This document shows, piece after piece, positions 8,162-17,900 of a stretch of 64,000 nucleotides of DNA. A model generated the notes under the pieces. It searched no databases. It was not told the origin of the DNA and was given only the letters and a program-made list of their open reading frames with translations. The position numbers were made by a program, and so were the translations under genes. Positions within the stretch are counted from its first letter, which is position 1. Each line of letters starts with the position of its first letter. This DNA comes from Deltaproteobacteria bacterium (GTDB taxonomy: Bacteria; Myxococcota; Myxococcia; SLRQ01): positions 5,542-69,541 of the forward strand of contig SLRQ01000005.1 in NCBI GenBank assembly GCA_007130885.1. Direction: 5' to 3'.

Positions 8162-11100
8162 ACGAGAGGGATCCCCTGCAACCGGACGCGGGCCGTGGCG
8201 GCATGCTGCCTCGTTTCGCGGTGCGACGACCGGTTACCACGGCCATGATCTTCGTGGCCATAGTCACCATGGGCGCGGTGGGGTTTACGAGGCTGGCGGT
8301 GGACCTCTTGCCCTCGGTGGACATGCCCAGGTTGACGATAGTAACCGGCTACGACGGCGTTGGAGCCGAGGAGATCGAGACGCTGATAACGAGGCCCATC
8401 GAGGAGGCTTTGGCAACGATCCAAAACGTCGAGAGGATCGAGGGGGTCTCGATGGAGGGCACCTCCCGCGTCGTTCTCCAGTTTTCGTGGGACACCGACC
8501 TCGATAGCGCCCTCGGAGACGTTCGGGCCAACCTCGAACGAGTGAGGCACCGCCTTCCCGACGATGCCTCGCAGCCCATTGCTTACAAGTTCGATCTGGG
8601 CGCGATGCCGGTCATGTTTCTCTCTCTATCGAGCGAGGGCATGGATCCTCGTCAGCTTCGCATGCTGGCGGATGACAGGCTCAAGGTCGCTTTGGAGAGA
8701 GTGGAGGGCGTCGCCAGGGTCGATGTACGGGGCGGCCTTCAAAGGCAGATACACGTCGACCTCATCTCCGAGCGGCTGGCCGCTTATGGCGTCTCTCCGC
8801 AAACAGTCGTCTCGGCGCTTCGACGAGAGAACCAAGACGTGCCCGGCGGCAGCGTGCACGATGGAGACCGCGAGCTCATCTTGAAGACCTCGGGTGAGCT
8901 TCGAAGTCTGGAACAGCTTTCGTCCGTGATCGTGACCTACCGGCCGGAGGGGCCGGTCAGGCTGTCGGATCTCGCAAGCGTTCGTGACGCCGCGGAGGAG
9001 AGGAGAAACGTCGTCTGGATTGACCAGGCCGAGGGGATTCGACTCTCGGTCAGCAAGCTCGATGGCGCGAACACCGTTGACGTGGCCAGGCGGCTACGCT
9101 CCGAGGTGGAGCGGCTGGACAAGTCGATGGACGACGTATCGCTGCGAATCCTCGTTGACACAGCCGAGTTCATAGAGGCCTCGGTCACAAGCGTGCAGCA
9201 GGCCGCCGCCGTGGGCGGAGTGCTCGCGGTCATTATCTTGCTGCTTTTCCTGCGGGACATTCGAGCGACTCTGATCATAGCCGCGGCTATACCCATCTCG
9301 GTGATCGGTACCTTCGCATTGATGGATATAGCCGGCGTGACGTTGAACGTCATATCTTTCGGTGGCCTGGCGCTGGGGATAGGGATGCTCGTCGACAGCG
9401 CCATAGTCATATTGGAGAACATCGTCCGTCACCGCGACGACCTTGCTCGCAGGGTCGATGAGGACAGCCGCGATGAGCCTTGGGGCTCATCCGCCGGCGG
9501 CGCTGAAAGGAGTCTCGATCCCCGGGAGGCCGCGGTGGAGGGGAGCCGCGAGGTGGCCTCCGCCGTTACCGCATCCACGTTCACAACGCTTACCGTGTTC
9601 GTGCCGGTGGTTTTCTTGGGCGGATTCGTGGCTATCTTTTTCGGCCAGCTCGCCATGGTGGTGGTCTTCTCGCTCGCCTGCGCGCTCCTTGTGGCTCTCA
9701 CGCTCGTTCCCATGCTGGCGAGCAGGCTTCCTCCCAGGAAGCCCGGCTCCACTCTTGGAAGCGGTCCTATCATGCTGCGGATCGAGAGGCTGTACCGCCG
9801 CTTCATAGCCTGGCTGCTGCGGCGAAAGTGGGTGGCTCTGCTCGTCGCATTGTTCATGCTCGGTGGAGCCTTTGGAATGGTCGCCTTTGGGCTTGTGGCA
9901 ACCGAGCTTGCACCGGATACGGACGAGGGCGATGTTCGAGTGAATGTCGAGCTTCCTCCGGGAACGCGTCTCGAGGTGACAGAGGTCGTCATGAGAGGCA
10001 TTGAGGCCCGGGTCCGAGCCGCCGTACCGGAAGCGGAGGCCATCTTCACTACGATAGGACCCAGAGGCGGATGGGCGGCCGGGAGCAACGTGGCCTCTCT
10101 TCGCGTTCGGATGGTGGATCAGTCGGAGCGAAGCAGGTCGAGCGCGCAGGTAGCGGCCGAGCTTCGGCCCTTGCTCGCGGGTTACCCGGACGCACGAGTT
10201 CGCGTGCGCCCCGGGGGGGGCCTTTGGATTTTTCGAGTTCTTCGCGGAGGTGGAGATCGCCTTCAGGTCGACATCACCGGGTACGACCTGGAGACAGGAG
10301 CGGACTTGGCACGGCAAGTGGCGGACATCATGCGAGGCCTGGAGGAGGTGGCCGACGCGCGAGTTTCGAGGGAGTATGGCGCCTCCGAGCTTGGGATGAA
10401 CGTGGACTGGGAGAGAGCTGCCGCAATGGGCTTGTCTCCATCGGCGGTGGGAGACGCGGTTCGAAGCTACGTGTTGGGCAGCGTGGCGACGCATCTGCGG
10501 GAGGGTGGTGACGAGTACAGGGTGATCGTGCGCCTCGCCGAGGACGACCGACGCCATATCGAGCAGGTCATGGACCTGCCGCTGTTCCCGCCGGGAGGTG
10601 GACAGGTTCCAATCCGCTCCGTGGCTTCGGTCACGGAGCAGCCCGGCACGGTGGCGATTCAGCGGAGGGCCCAGGAACGGATCATCTATGTGACCGGCAC
10701 GCTGGCTGATCCCGATACCGACCTCGGGTCCGTGGCAAGGGAGGTAGAGCGCAGGATCCGATCCGAAGTGGTTGTACCCGAAGGTTTTCACCTGTCGATG
10801 GGAGGCGAGCGCCGCGAACAGGACGAGACCTTCGGAGGCTTGATGCTGGGGCTCATACTCGCCATGGCGCTGGTCTACATGGTGATGGCGGCGCAGTTCG
10901 AGAGCCTGGTGCAGCCGTTCATCATCATGTTCGCCGTTCCCCTGGCGTCGCTGGGTGTGGTGTTGAGTCTCGTCATAACCGGGACCAGCTTCAACATGTA
11001 CAGCTTTCTGGGCGCGATAGTGCTGGTTGGGATCGTCGTGAATAACGCCATCGTGCTGGTCGACTACACGAACATGTTGCGCCGGGAAAAAGGCTATGGA

Positions 11101-11376
11101 GTTGTCGACGCGGTCCTCGAGGGCACCAGAAGGCGCTTGAGGCCCATCATTATGACCACGGCTACCACCAGCCTGGCTCTGGTACCGGTGGCAATGGGGA
11201 TTGGCGAGGGAGGAGATCTCAACGCTCCGCTTGCCAGAGTGGTGGTCGGAGGGCTCCTTTCGGCGAGTCTTGTTACGCTGGTCGTGATACCGGCGGCTTA
11301 CGCTTTCATCGAGGAACGTCGGGAGCGTAGGGCTCTTCGAAGGGCGGCACGCGGCCAGGCGCGATCGCAAGCGTAG
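8158..11376 (+). CDS. efflux RND transporter permease subunit (AcrB/CzcA family)
   Basis: 1072 aa with 12-TM RND architecture and two large periplasmic loops. Translationally coupled to the adaptor. Confidence 0.9.
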   Translation: MNERDPLQPDAGRGGMLPRFAVRRPVTTAMIFVAIVTMGAVGFTRLAVDLLPSVDMPRLTIVTGYDGVGAEEIETLITRPIEEALATIQNVERIEGVSMEGTSRVVLQFSWDTDLDSALGDVRANLERVRHRLPDDASQPIAYKFDLGAMPVMFLSLSSEGMDPRQLRMLADDRLKVALERVEGVARVDVRGGLQRQIHVDLISERLAAYGVSPQTVVSALRRENQDVPGGSVHDGDRELILKTSGELRSLEQLSSVIVTYRPEGPVRLSDLASVRDAAEERRNVVWIDQAEGIRLSVSKLDGANTVDVARRLRSEVERLDKSMDDVSLRILVDTAEFIEASVTSVQQAAAVGGVLAVIILLLFLRDIRATLIIAAAIPISVIGTFALMDIAGVTLNVISFGGLALGIGMLVDSAIVILENIVRHRDDLARRVDEDSRDEPWGSSAGGAERSLDPREAAVEGSREVASAVTASTFTTLTVFVPVVFLGGFVAIFFGQLAMVVVFSLACALLVALTLVPMLASRLPPRKPGSTLGSGPIMLRIERLYRRFIAWLLRRKWVALLVALFMLGGAFGMVAFGLVATELAPDTDEGDVRVNVELPPGTRLEVTEVVMRGIEARVRAAVPEAEAIFTTIGPRGGWAAGSNVASLRVRMVDQSERSRSSAQVAAELRPLLAGYPDARVRVRPGGGLWIFRVLRGGGDRLQVDITGYDLETGADLARQVADIMRGLEEVADARVSREYGASELGMNVDWERAAAMGLSPSAVGDAVRSYVLGSVATHLREGGDEYRVIVRLAEDDRRHIEQVMDLPLFPPGGGQVPIRSVASVTEQPGTVAIQRRAQERIIYVTGTLADPDTDLGSVAREVERRIRSEVVVPEGFHLSMGGERREQDETFGGLMLGLILAMALVYMVMAAQFESLVQPFIIMFAVPLASLGVVLSLVITGTSFNMYSFLGAIVLVGIVVNNAIVLVDYTNMLRREKGYGVVDAVLEGTRRRLRPIIMTTATTSLALVPVAMGIGEGGDLNAPLARVVVGGLLSASLVTLVVIPAAYAFIEERRERRALRRAARGQARSQA

Positions 11377-11381
11377 ACGCG

Positions 11382-12860
11382 TTACTCTTCTTGACTTCGT
11401 CCAAGGAGGAGCTGGATGAAAGGCAGGTGCTCCTTGCGGTAGAAGACGTAGAGGTGGTCGCCCGGCCGCAGCATGGTGTCGCCTCGTGGTGCCTTGAGCT
11501 TTTTGCCTCGGACAATGAGAAGCGCCAGCGAGCCCTTCGGGAATGGGAGGTCGCCTATGCGGGCGAAACAGGCGGCTGAAGCTTCGTCGATGTAGTAGCT
11601 GGTTATCTCGCCGTCTAGGATCTGCGTCGATTGAATTTCCAGGACGGCCGGAGGTGGAGGCGGCTCCGCGCTGATGAGGCCAAGCTTTTCAGTGAGCCAC
11701 CGAACCGTGGCGCCCGGCACTATGGTGCTGACAATGACCATTGCGCAGACGATATGGAAGATCTCTTCGCCGCCGGGCACCCCGAGCAGAACCGGAATCG
11801 TCGCGAGAATGATCGGCACCGCTCCGCGAAGCCCCACCCAGCTTATGTAGGTAACTTCCCGCCACGGGTATCTGAATGGAAGAAGCGAGAGCACGACCAC
11901 TAGAGGACGAGCGAGCACTGCAAGCACCAATGCGAGCACGATGCCGATCCAGGCGACCTCCAGGAGGATGGACGGGGTTATGAGAAGGCCCAGGACCAAG
12001 AACATCGTGATCTGGCTCATCCAGGCGACCGAGTCGTGCACCCGAAGAAGGCCGCTCCTATAGGGGATAGGACCGTTTCCCATGATGACGCCGGCGATAT
12101 AGACGGCAAGAAAGCCGCTGCCGAGGAAAAGGGTGGGAACTCCAAAGGCCACCAGGGCAAGCGCAATGGTAAGTACGGGGTACAGCCCGCCGGTCTCCAG
12201 CCTGGCCCACCCGAGCAGCCACCTTCCGCCGAAGCCGAACACGAACCCCAGAGCCGCTCCGACTGTGAGCTGCACGAGGACCTCCACGGCGACGACCCAT
12301 GAAAGGTCTCCGCCGCCCACCAGCGCCGAAGCAAGGGCCATGGTCAGTATGAGGGCCATCGGGTCGTTCGATCCCGACTCGATCTCCAGGGTGACGCTCA
12401 CCCTGCGCTTGAGATGGAGGCCGCTGCCGCGAAGCACCGCGAATACAGCCGCGGCGTCGGTGGATGAGACGATCGCGCCCAGAAGCAGCGCCACACCCCA
12501 AGAGAAGCCAAGCAAGTGCGCGGCCACGGCGACCAGACCCGCTGTGGCGATTACTCCCAGGGTGGCCAGGATGGCCGCGGGCCTCACGCCTTGGCGCACC
12601 GAAACCATGGGGGTGTTGAGCCCGCCGTCGAACAAGATCAGCACCAGCGCCGCCATCCCTATTCGAAAGGCGAAGCCGTAGTCCTCGAAGCGCAGGCCGG
12701 TCAGTCTCTCGGTTCCCGCGATCATACCGATGACCAAAAAAACGAGCACCACGGGAATCCCGGCGCGCTGGGCAGTCCGGCTGAAAAGCGCGGACAGCGC
12801 CATCAGGACGCCGAACACGACGAACAGTAGCGCTGTCGGGGCGGGTTCTTGCTCGAACAT
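11382..12860 (-). CDS. K+/H+ antiporter (CPA1 NhaP2/CvrA-like) with C-terminal TrkA-C/RCK_C domain
   Basis: Polytopic membrane core containing TLEIESGSNDPMALIL. The C-terminal soluble domain GDLPFPKGSLALLIVRGKKLKAPRGDTMLRPGDHLYVF is RCK_C-like. Confidence 0.75.
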   Translation of the reverse strand: MFEQEPAPTALLFVVFGVLMALSALFSRTAQRAGIPVVLVFLVIGMIAGTERLTGLRFEDYGFAFRIGMAALVLILFDGGLNTPMVSVRQGVRPAAILATLGVIATAGLVAVAAHLLGFSWGVALLLGAIVSSTDAAAVFAVLRGSGLHLKRRVSVTLEIESGSNDPMALILTMALASALVGGGDLSWVVAVEVLVQLTVGAALGFVFGFGGRWLLGWARLETGGLYPVLTIALALVAFGVPTLFLGSGFLAVYIAGVIMGNGPIPYRSGLLRVHDSVAWMSQITMFLVLGLLITPSILLEVAWIGIVLALVLAVLARPLVVVLSLLPFRYPWREVTYISWVGLRGAVPIILATIPVLLGVPGGEEIFHIVCAMVIVSTIVPGATVRWLTEKLGLISAEPPPPPAVLEIQSTQILDGEITSYYIDEASAACFARIGDLPFPKGSLALLIVRGKKLKAPRGDTMLRPGDHLYVFYRKEHLPFIQLLLGRSQEE

Positions 12861-12973
12861 TCCGCTTGAGTTCTAACGCCCCCTCACTCTTTAGTCACGA
12901 AGTGTGTTCATCGAAGCACACATCCACGGCTGATGGCAAGGCTCGTCACCTCGAAGACCCAACGGGGCGAAGG

Positions 12974-14329
12974 CTAATATACCGCCTCCAGCTCGACGTG
13001 GGGTATGGCGCGTCGCTGGAGCGGGCGCAGGCACTCGCCGGCGGCGCCGTCGGACTCTATCTCGCATCCGGCCATGGGCATTGGCGGCACGACCACGAAC
13101 CGCGTTCTAAAGGCCCACACCGATTCGATTCTCTCTGATCCGAGCCCGAAACCCTTTCCGGCGCGCTCGGGAGGGCGCATTCTCGAAAGAGCGCCTTGTA
13201 CGGTTGATCGCGCCAGCTCATCGTAGCCGGGCTTTCCGGAGGAACGTTCGATCTCTACACGGATCAGCCCGCCGTTGGGTGCCTGTACCACGCGAAGGAG
13301 CGCCACCAGCTCCACGCCTCCCGCGCGTCCGCTTGCCATGTCCCTGAACAGGGTGTGCTGCATCGCCGCACGGGCCATGTCCACGCGGCTGTCGTCGCGG
13401 GCGAGCGTTCCCGATGGCGCAATAGGCTTTGCCAATAGATGATGAGAGCCAAGCGAGGAGCTCTCGCCCTCTCGGTAAGGACTGCCGGTCTCTCCGTAGC
13501 GTTCCAAAGTCTTCTGATAGTCGCGCAGCCAGGCGCCGAGGTCCGCGATGAGCCCTTCCTTCGCTTGCTCGTCGAGGTGCTCCCACCCTGGATCCATATC
13601 TTCCTCGAAGCTCTCTCGAAGGCGCACGAAGTATGGGTCGACAAGACCGGTCTTCACCCGGTGCCTGGCCTTGTCGTCACGCACCATGCCCGCCAGCCGT
13701 TCCTCGGCCAGGGCCGCTCGCTCCTCGGGCGGCTCACTTGGAAGTGCTTGGAAGGTCTCGCCGGGATCGGGGCCATCCAACGTCTCGGCCTCCGTCTCGG
13801 CCGCAAGCTCCGAGAGCACGCTTGAAGGGAAGGGATCGATTGGCTGCTCCGGCGATTCCGGCGCATCGCTTGCGAGAGGAGGTGTGCCCTCTTCGGCATC
13901 ACGCTCCGGCGCCAAGGCGGGTTCCTTCTCGTCGATGGAGCGGTCTTCAGCGCGTTCCTCGGGCTGCTTGCCGGCGAGAGGGCGCTCTTCCGGTCTTTCC
14001 TTCCGGGGCGATCTTTCGTCTCTCTTCACTGCCCCTGCCGCTCCTGATCGCCCTGCTTTCTTCTCCGCCGTCTCGAGATGGGGCTCATCCTCGCTGGAGC
14101 GATCCTTCATGGGCTCCAGCCCCTCGGGTGATGTATCCCGAGGGTGCTCCTCCAGGTATATGGTGGCTATCGTTTGGTCCTCGGCCTCTGTCTTGCGGGT
14201 CTCTCCAATGGGGACGAGAAGCAGCAACCCATGGAGCGCGACGGATGCAAGGACGGCCATGACTATCCACCGGCCGCGTTGCTGTGCGGTTTTGCGAGCG
14301 CCCATGATCTTCTCTAGCTCCCGCCCCAA
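12974..14329 (-). CDS. TonB-family energy transducer-like protein (N-terminal anchor, E/P/R-rich spacer, TonB_C-like domain)
   Basis: N-terminal TM helix WIVMAVLASVALHGLLLLVPI, a long charged Pro/Glu/Arg-rich linker, and a C-terminal LIRVEIERSSGKPGYDELARSTVQGALS resembling the TonB C-terminal domain. No exbB/exbD adjacent. Confidence 0.45.
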   Translation of the reverse strand: MGRELEKIMGARKTAQQRGRWIVMAVLASVALHGLLLLVPIGETRKTEAEDQTIATIYLEEHPRDTSPEGLEPMKDRSSEDEPHLETAEKKAGRSGAAGAVKRDERSPRKERPEERPLAGKQPEERAEDRSIDEKEPALAPERDAEEGTPPLASDAPESPEQPIDPFPSSVLSELAAETEAETLDGPDPGETFQALPSEPPEERAALAEERLAGMVRDDKARHRVKTGLVDPYFVRLRESFEEDMDPGWEHLDEQAKEGLIADLGAWLRDYQKTLERYGETGSPYREGESSSLGSHHLLAKPIAPSGTLARDDSRVDMARAAMQHTLFRDMASGRAGGVELVALLRVVQAPNGGLIRVEIERSSGKPGYDELARSTVQGALSRMRPPERAGKGFGLGSERIESVWAFRTRFVVVPPMPMAGCEIESDGAAGECLRPLQRRAIPHVELEAVY

Positions 14330-14433
14330 ACTTAGCCTGCTTTTGCGTCCGCGTCACCTGCTGTACCGCCCGCCCGCGGGTACTCACGGTTCATGATCCT
14401 ACCTCCCGGCCTTGTTTGTTCGTCTCTTGTCCG

Positions 14434-14837
14434 TGAAGTTACGAGTGGACCCGGCCGGTGGTGTCGGTCTCGATCCGCGGGCTCCGCACTTCGCCACCGC
14501 CAGGTATGCCTACTCGGCATCCGCCGGTTGACGGTGGGCTCGTGGGTGCGCCTCGCGTCTCGAGACCGACGACCCCCGGCCTACTCGGTCATCTCGTGCC
14601 TTTGAGGTTACAGGTAGACCCGGCCGGTGGTGTCGGTCTCGATCCGCGGGCTCCGCACTTCGCCACCGCCAGGTATGCCTACTCGGCATCCGCCGGTTGA
14701 CGGTGGGCTCGTGGGTGCGCTTCGCGTCTCGAGACCGACGACCCCCGGCCTACTCGGTCATCTCGGGTCCTTGAAGTTACCGGTTTGACCCGGCCGGTGG
14801 TGTCGGTCTCGATCCGCGGGCTCCGCACTTCGCTGTC
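14434..14837. repeat. tandem array, 2.3 copies of a ~169-170-bp unit; each unit an extended imperfect hairpin
   Basis: GACCCGGCCGGTGG anchors at 14448, 14617 and 14787 give a period of 169/170. Copies 1 and 2 are ~98% identical; copy 3 is ~50 bp and then diverges. Within a unit, GTCGGTCTCGA near the 5' end pairs with TCGAGACCGAC near the 3' end, and a small central hairpin ATGCC-tactc-GGCAT is present. The period is not a multiple of 3. Confidence 0.85.
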
Positions 14838-14839
14838 CC

Positions 14840-14884
14840 ACGAAAAAGCCCCCGGCACGAGCGGCCCGAAGGCGCCGTGCCGGA
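14840..14884 (-). terminator. rho-independent terminator downstream of the 14909..18256 lipoprotein gene
   Basis: Minus strand reads CCGGCACGgcgccttcgggccgctCGTGCCGGGGGCTTTTTCG, a 9-bp GC stem followed by a T5 tract. A second perfect mini-hairpin CGTAAGtgcgCTTACG lies at 14897-14912. Confidence 0.55.
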
Positions 14885-14908
14885 GGCGGTGACTACTCGT
14901 AAGTGCGC

Positions 14909-17900
14909 TTACGGATCTTCCGGTGCCGGAGCGAAGTTCACGCTTGGGTCACTGCCCGTCCAGATACTGATATCCAGGCTGCTCTGGTAGATGCCGGCCG
15001 GTGGATCATCCCAGAACGGGTTGAAATGGGCTAAGGTGCACACCATGAACTGCACGTGGCTGCCGGCAAGGGCGTTATAGTTATGCGCTGCCATCAACCG
15101 ATTGTGGCTGTTCCAGTATGGCGTGTCGTCCCAGGTCCTATTCGTCACATCTCGGCAGACGCCGTCCTCGTTACAGAACATGCTCCACCACTCCATTTGG
15201 TTTTGCGTCTCCGCCCAAATGTCGAACCTTGTCCTGAGACTCGATCCGCTTTCCGGCAGGTAGAACCATGGCGTGGTAAGGCAGCTCCCCTCGTTTGCAT
15301 AGGCATAGCCTCCGAGGTGAGTGCCCCAGGCCCTGCTGTTGAATTTTCCGGTAACGCCCGACGGGCCGTAGGTGGGCGTGCCCCACTCCCAGCTACTGCT
15401 TCGGCCGTCGAAGGGGGTATCCGGAGTCATGCCGCCGTCGTTTCCTTGGAAGTCGGCTTGATACAGCGGCTGCGTGCCGCCGAAGCCCTCGAAGGAAAGG
15501 CCGGTGTTGTCGGTGTCGCGAGCCGTGAACCGGGTTTGTGAGAAGGTGTCGGTCGTCAGCTCGACGACCACGCGCCCGTACTCGGTCTCGACGTAGACTA
15601 TTCTGGCACCCTCACCCTCGATGATGCTTCCCTCGACGGCCGCGGTGAAGCGAGCTCGGTCCCATGTTTCCTCGAGTGTGAAACGGACCGGATCGGAGTC
15701 CTCCACCAGGTGGCCGAAGGCATCCTGGAGCTCGATCTCCAGCTCCACCGTCTCGTCTCCCGCCTCGGGCTGGTCGATAGGAAGCAGCACCAGCCTTGCA
15801 GGCACGGATGGTTCCGCGGAGGCCACGAACTCGACGGGATCCAGCTCGAAGTCGCAGCCGGTACTCAGCTCGGCCTCGAGCATGTTGTTGTCATCCCCGG
15901 CATCCGGGCCGAGCCGCCACCAATTGACGAAAGCCTCTCCATTCTGGTTCGTGTTCGACCATCGCCCCCAACCGGGGTGGCCTTCGACCTCACCGCCGCC
16001 CTCTTCGACACTCCATTCAACCCAGAGGCCCGGTATCGGCAGGCCGTCTTCATCCTCGACCCTGACTCCCACCGTCTCGGGCAGATCCTGACCTGCCACG
16101 CCGGCGAGCGGACCGTCATTCAGCGCCACGAAGGAGACGGGGTCGCCTGTGAACCGGCGAGCCGTCGTCGCGGAGTCGTCGAGGCCGACGCTCTCATCCT
16201 CGAGCGATAGGGTGACCAGCTCCGCGTTCTCGTTGGTCATTCTAACCTCGGCGCCGAAGTACCACTGCCCTCTCTTGCTGAAGAAGGTGCCTTCCATGAA
16301 GATCGAGGGGAGGCCTCCTCCTCCTCCGACGACGATTCCCCTCTCGCCCGTTCTATCGATTAACTCTGGCGTATCTTCGCCGTCACCTTCGGCGTGTATC
16401 CAGAACCGCGGCTTGTCCGGGCCGTCGGGATAAGCCGCGTTGCCAAGCTCGTCGCGCATGACGACGAGGACATCGATGTTTCCGCCGCGCTTTGAGTCCT
16501 TGTGCGCGTTGCCGCCACCGGCCCCCTCGAGCAGGCGAAGGAAAGCAAGCTCCACAGGAGGACCGGGGTTGAAGTCCACCGTTACGTCGTCCCACCTGGC
16601 CTGCATCGGTCCGGGGAAGCCTTCGATCTCGAGCCCTATCAGGCCGTCGATCATGATCTCACCCGAGAGTTCGGTCGCCAGCTCGATCTCGGCCAGGCCG
16701 CCGGAGACCTGCAACACCACTTCGGTTGTTCCGCCGCCGTCTATCACCGTGCCGGTCTCGGCCTCCTCGGCAAATGTGGCGGGACTGTGGCCGATGAGCG
16801 TCACCTCCATCTCGTCTTCCCAGCTTACGATGTTGCCGTACTGATCGTGAACGAACGCCGTCAACATGAAAGGCTCGAGCACGCTTGCTTCCTCGAGATC
16901 TTCATGGTCGAAGCGAATGCCGGCGATTCCTTCGGCGATGGCGGTTGCGGAAAACTCGATCTCGGCTATGGACCAGTTCTCGAAGTCCCACTCGCCGAGT
17001 TCGGTCGTATCCAGCAGGGCGCCAAGCAAGATGTCTCTCGGGCCGGCCACGTCGTTGAACCTTATGGAAGCAAACGCCAGGCCGTTCTCGTTGGTATGGT
17101 CATCCTCGAACAATATGTCGTCGTCCCAGGGGTGATCCTCGTCGTATGGCCCGGACACCATCATGGGGCCGACGGGAACTCCGGGGATGGCTTGCCCGGC
17201 CGAGTTGACGGCTCTGAACACCATGGGCTGCTCAGTCCGCCGTGTTACGGGCGCTTCCTGGTCGTTGCCCGCGACAAGCTCCAGCTCGTGCGCGCCTTCA
17301 GCGGTGACCATCACCGTGTCGGGCCTGCCGCAGATCTCGAAGTCGCAAGGATAAGCGGCGATCTCGTACTCCCCTTCCTTGTCGATGCGCAAGGTCGGCG
17401 TCATTTGTTGGTTTCCGTCGAGCCAAGTATTGGACCCTTCGGGTGCGGACAGTATTACCCACTCGAGCCAGAAGGGCCCGCCTTCCGGGTGGAAGGAGCC
17501 GGTGCCGTCGAGCTGGACTGTCGTTTGGTTCCAGAACATGCCGGGGGCGGGAGCCATCATGTCGTCGCCGGCGTCCGCGACGGGGTTTCTGGTGAAGGTT
17601 GTGGGATCGCCATCCGCTTGCACTCGCACGCGGTCGCGGGCGGCGCCGACCTCGTTGGTCGCGGTAAGCTCGATCAAGTACTCGCCGGCCCTGTCGGCCA
17701 GGAACCAGGGAGTCAGGGAGGTGGCCGCCGACAGCTCTGCCTTGCTGCCCTCGGGCACCGATACGAAGTGCCACGCCACGGTGAAGCCGTTTTCGGAAGG
17801 ATCGGTCACGTCGCCGACTAGCTGCGCGATCTCGTTGGTTTCGACGCTCTGGTCCTCACCCGCGTCCGCGGTGGGCAGCATGGCCATCTCAATGTGCTCG

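Noticed and set aside
9487-11370. 627-aa minus-strand ORF inside the RND permease gene
   Set aside because: Antisense to a strongly supported AcrB-family CDS. The product is low-complexity and R/H/G/S-rich with no motifs. Typical high-GC shadow ORF.
13548-14396. 282-aa plus-strand ORF opposite the TonB-like gene
   Set aside because: Ser/Arg/Ala low-complexity translation. The minus-strand product has a coherent TM - Pro-rich - TonB_C layout.
14448-14500. tRNA-like T-arm (GCGGATCGAGACCGAC) inside the 170-bp repeat, read on the minus strand
   Set aside because: It lacks the GGTTCGA consensus and has no D-arm, anticodon stem or CCA context. The repeat is better explained as a long palindromic unit.
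16502-17821. 439-aa plus-strand ORF (and several 100-200-aa ORFs) inside the PKD lipoprotein gene
   Set aside because: Antisense to a gene with signal peptide, RBS and repeated PKD modules. No motifs. GC-driven open frames.
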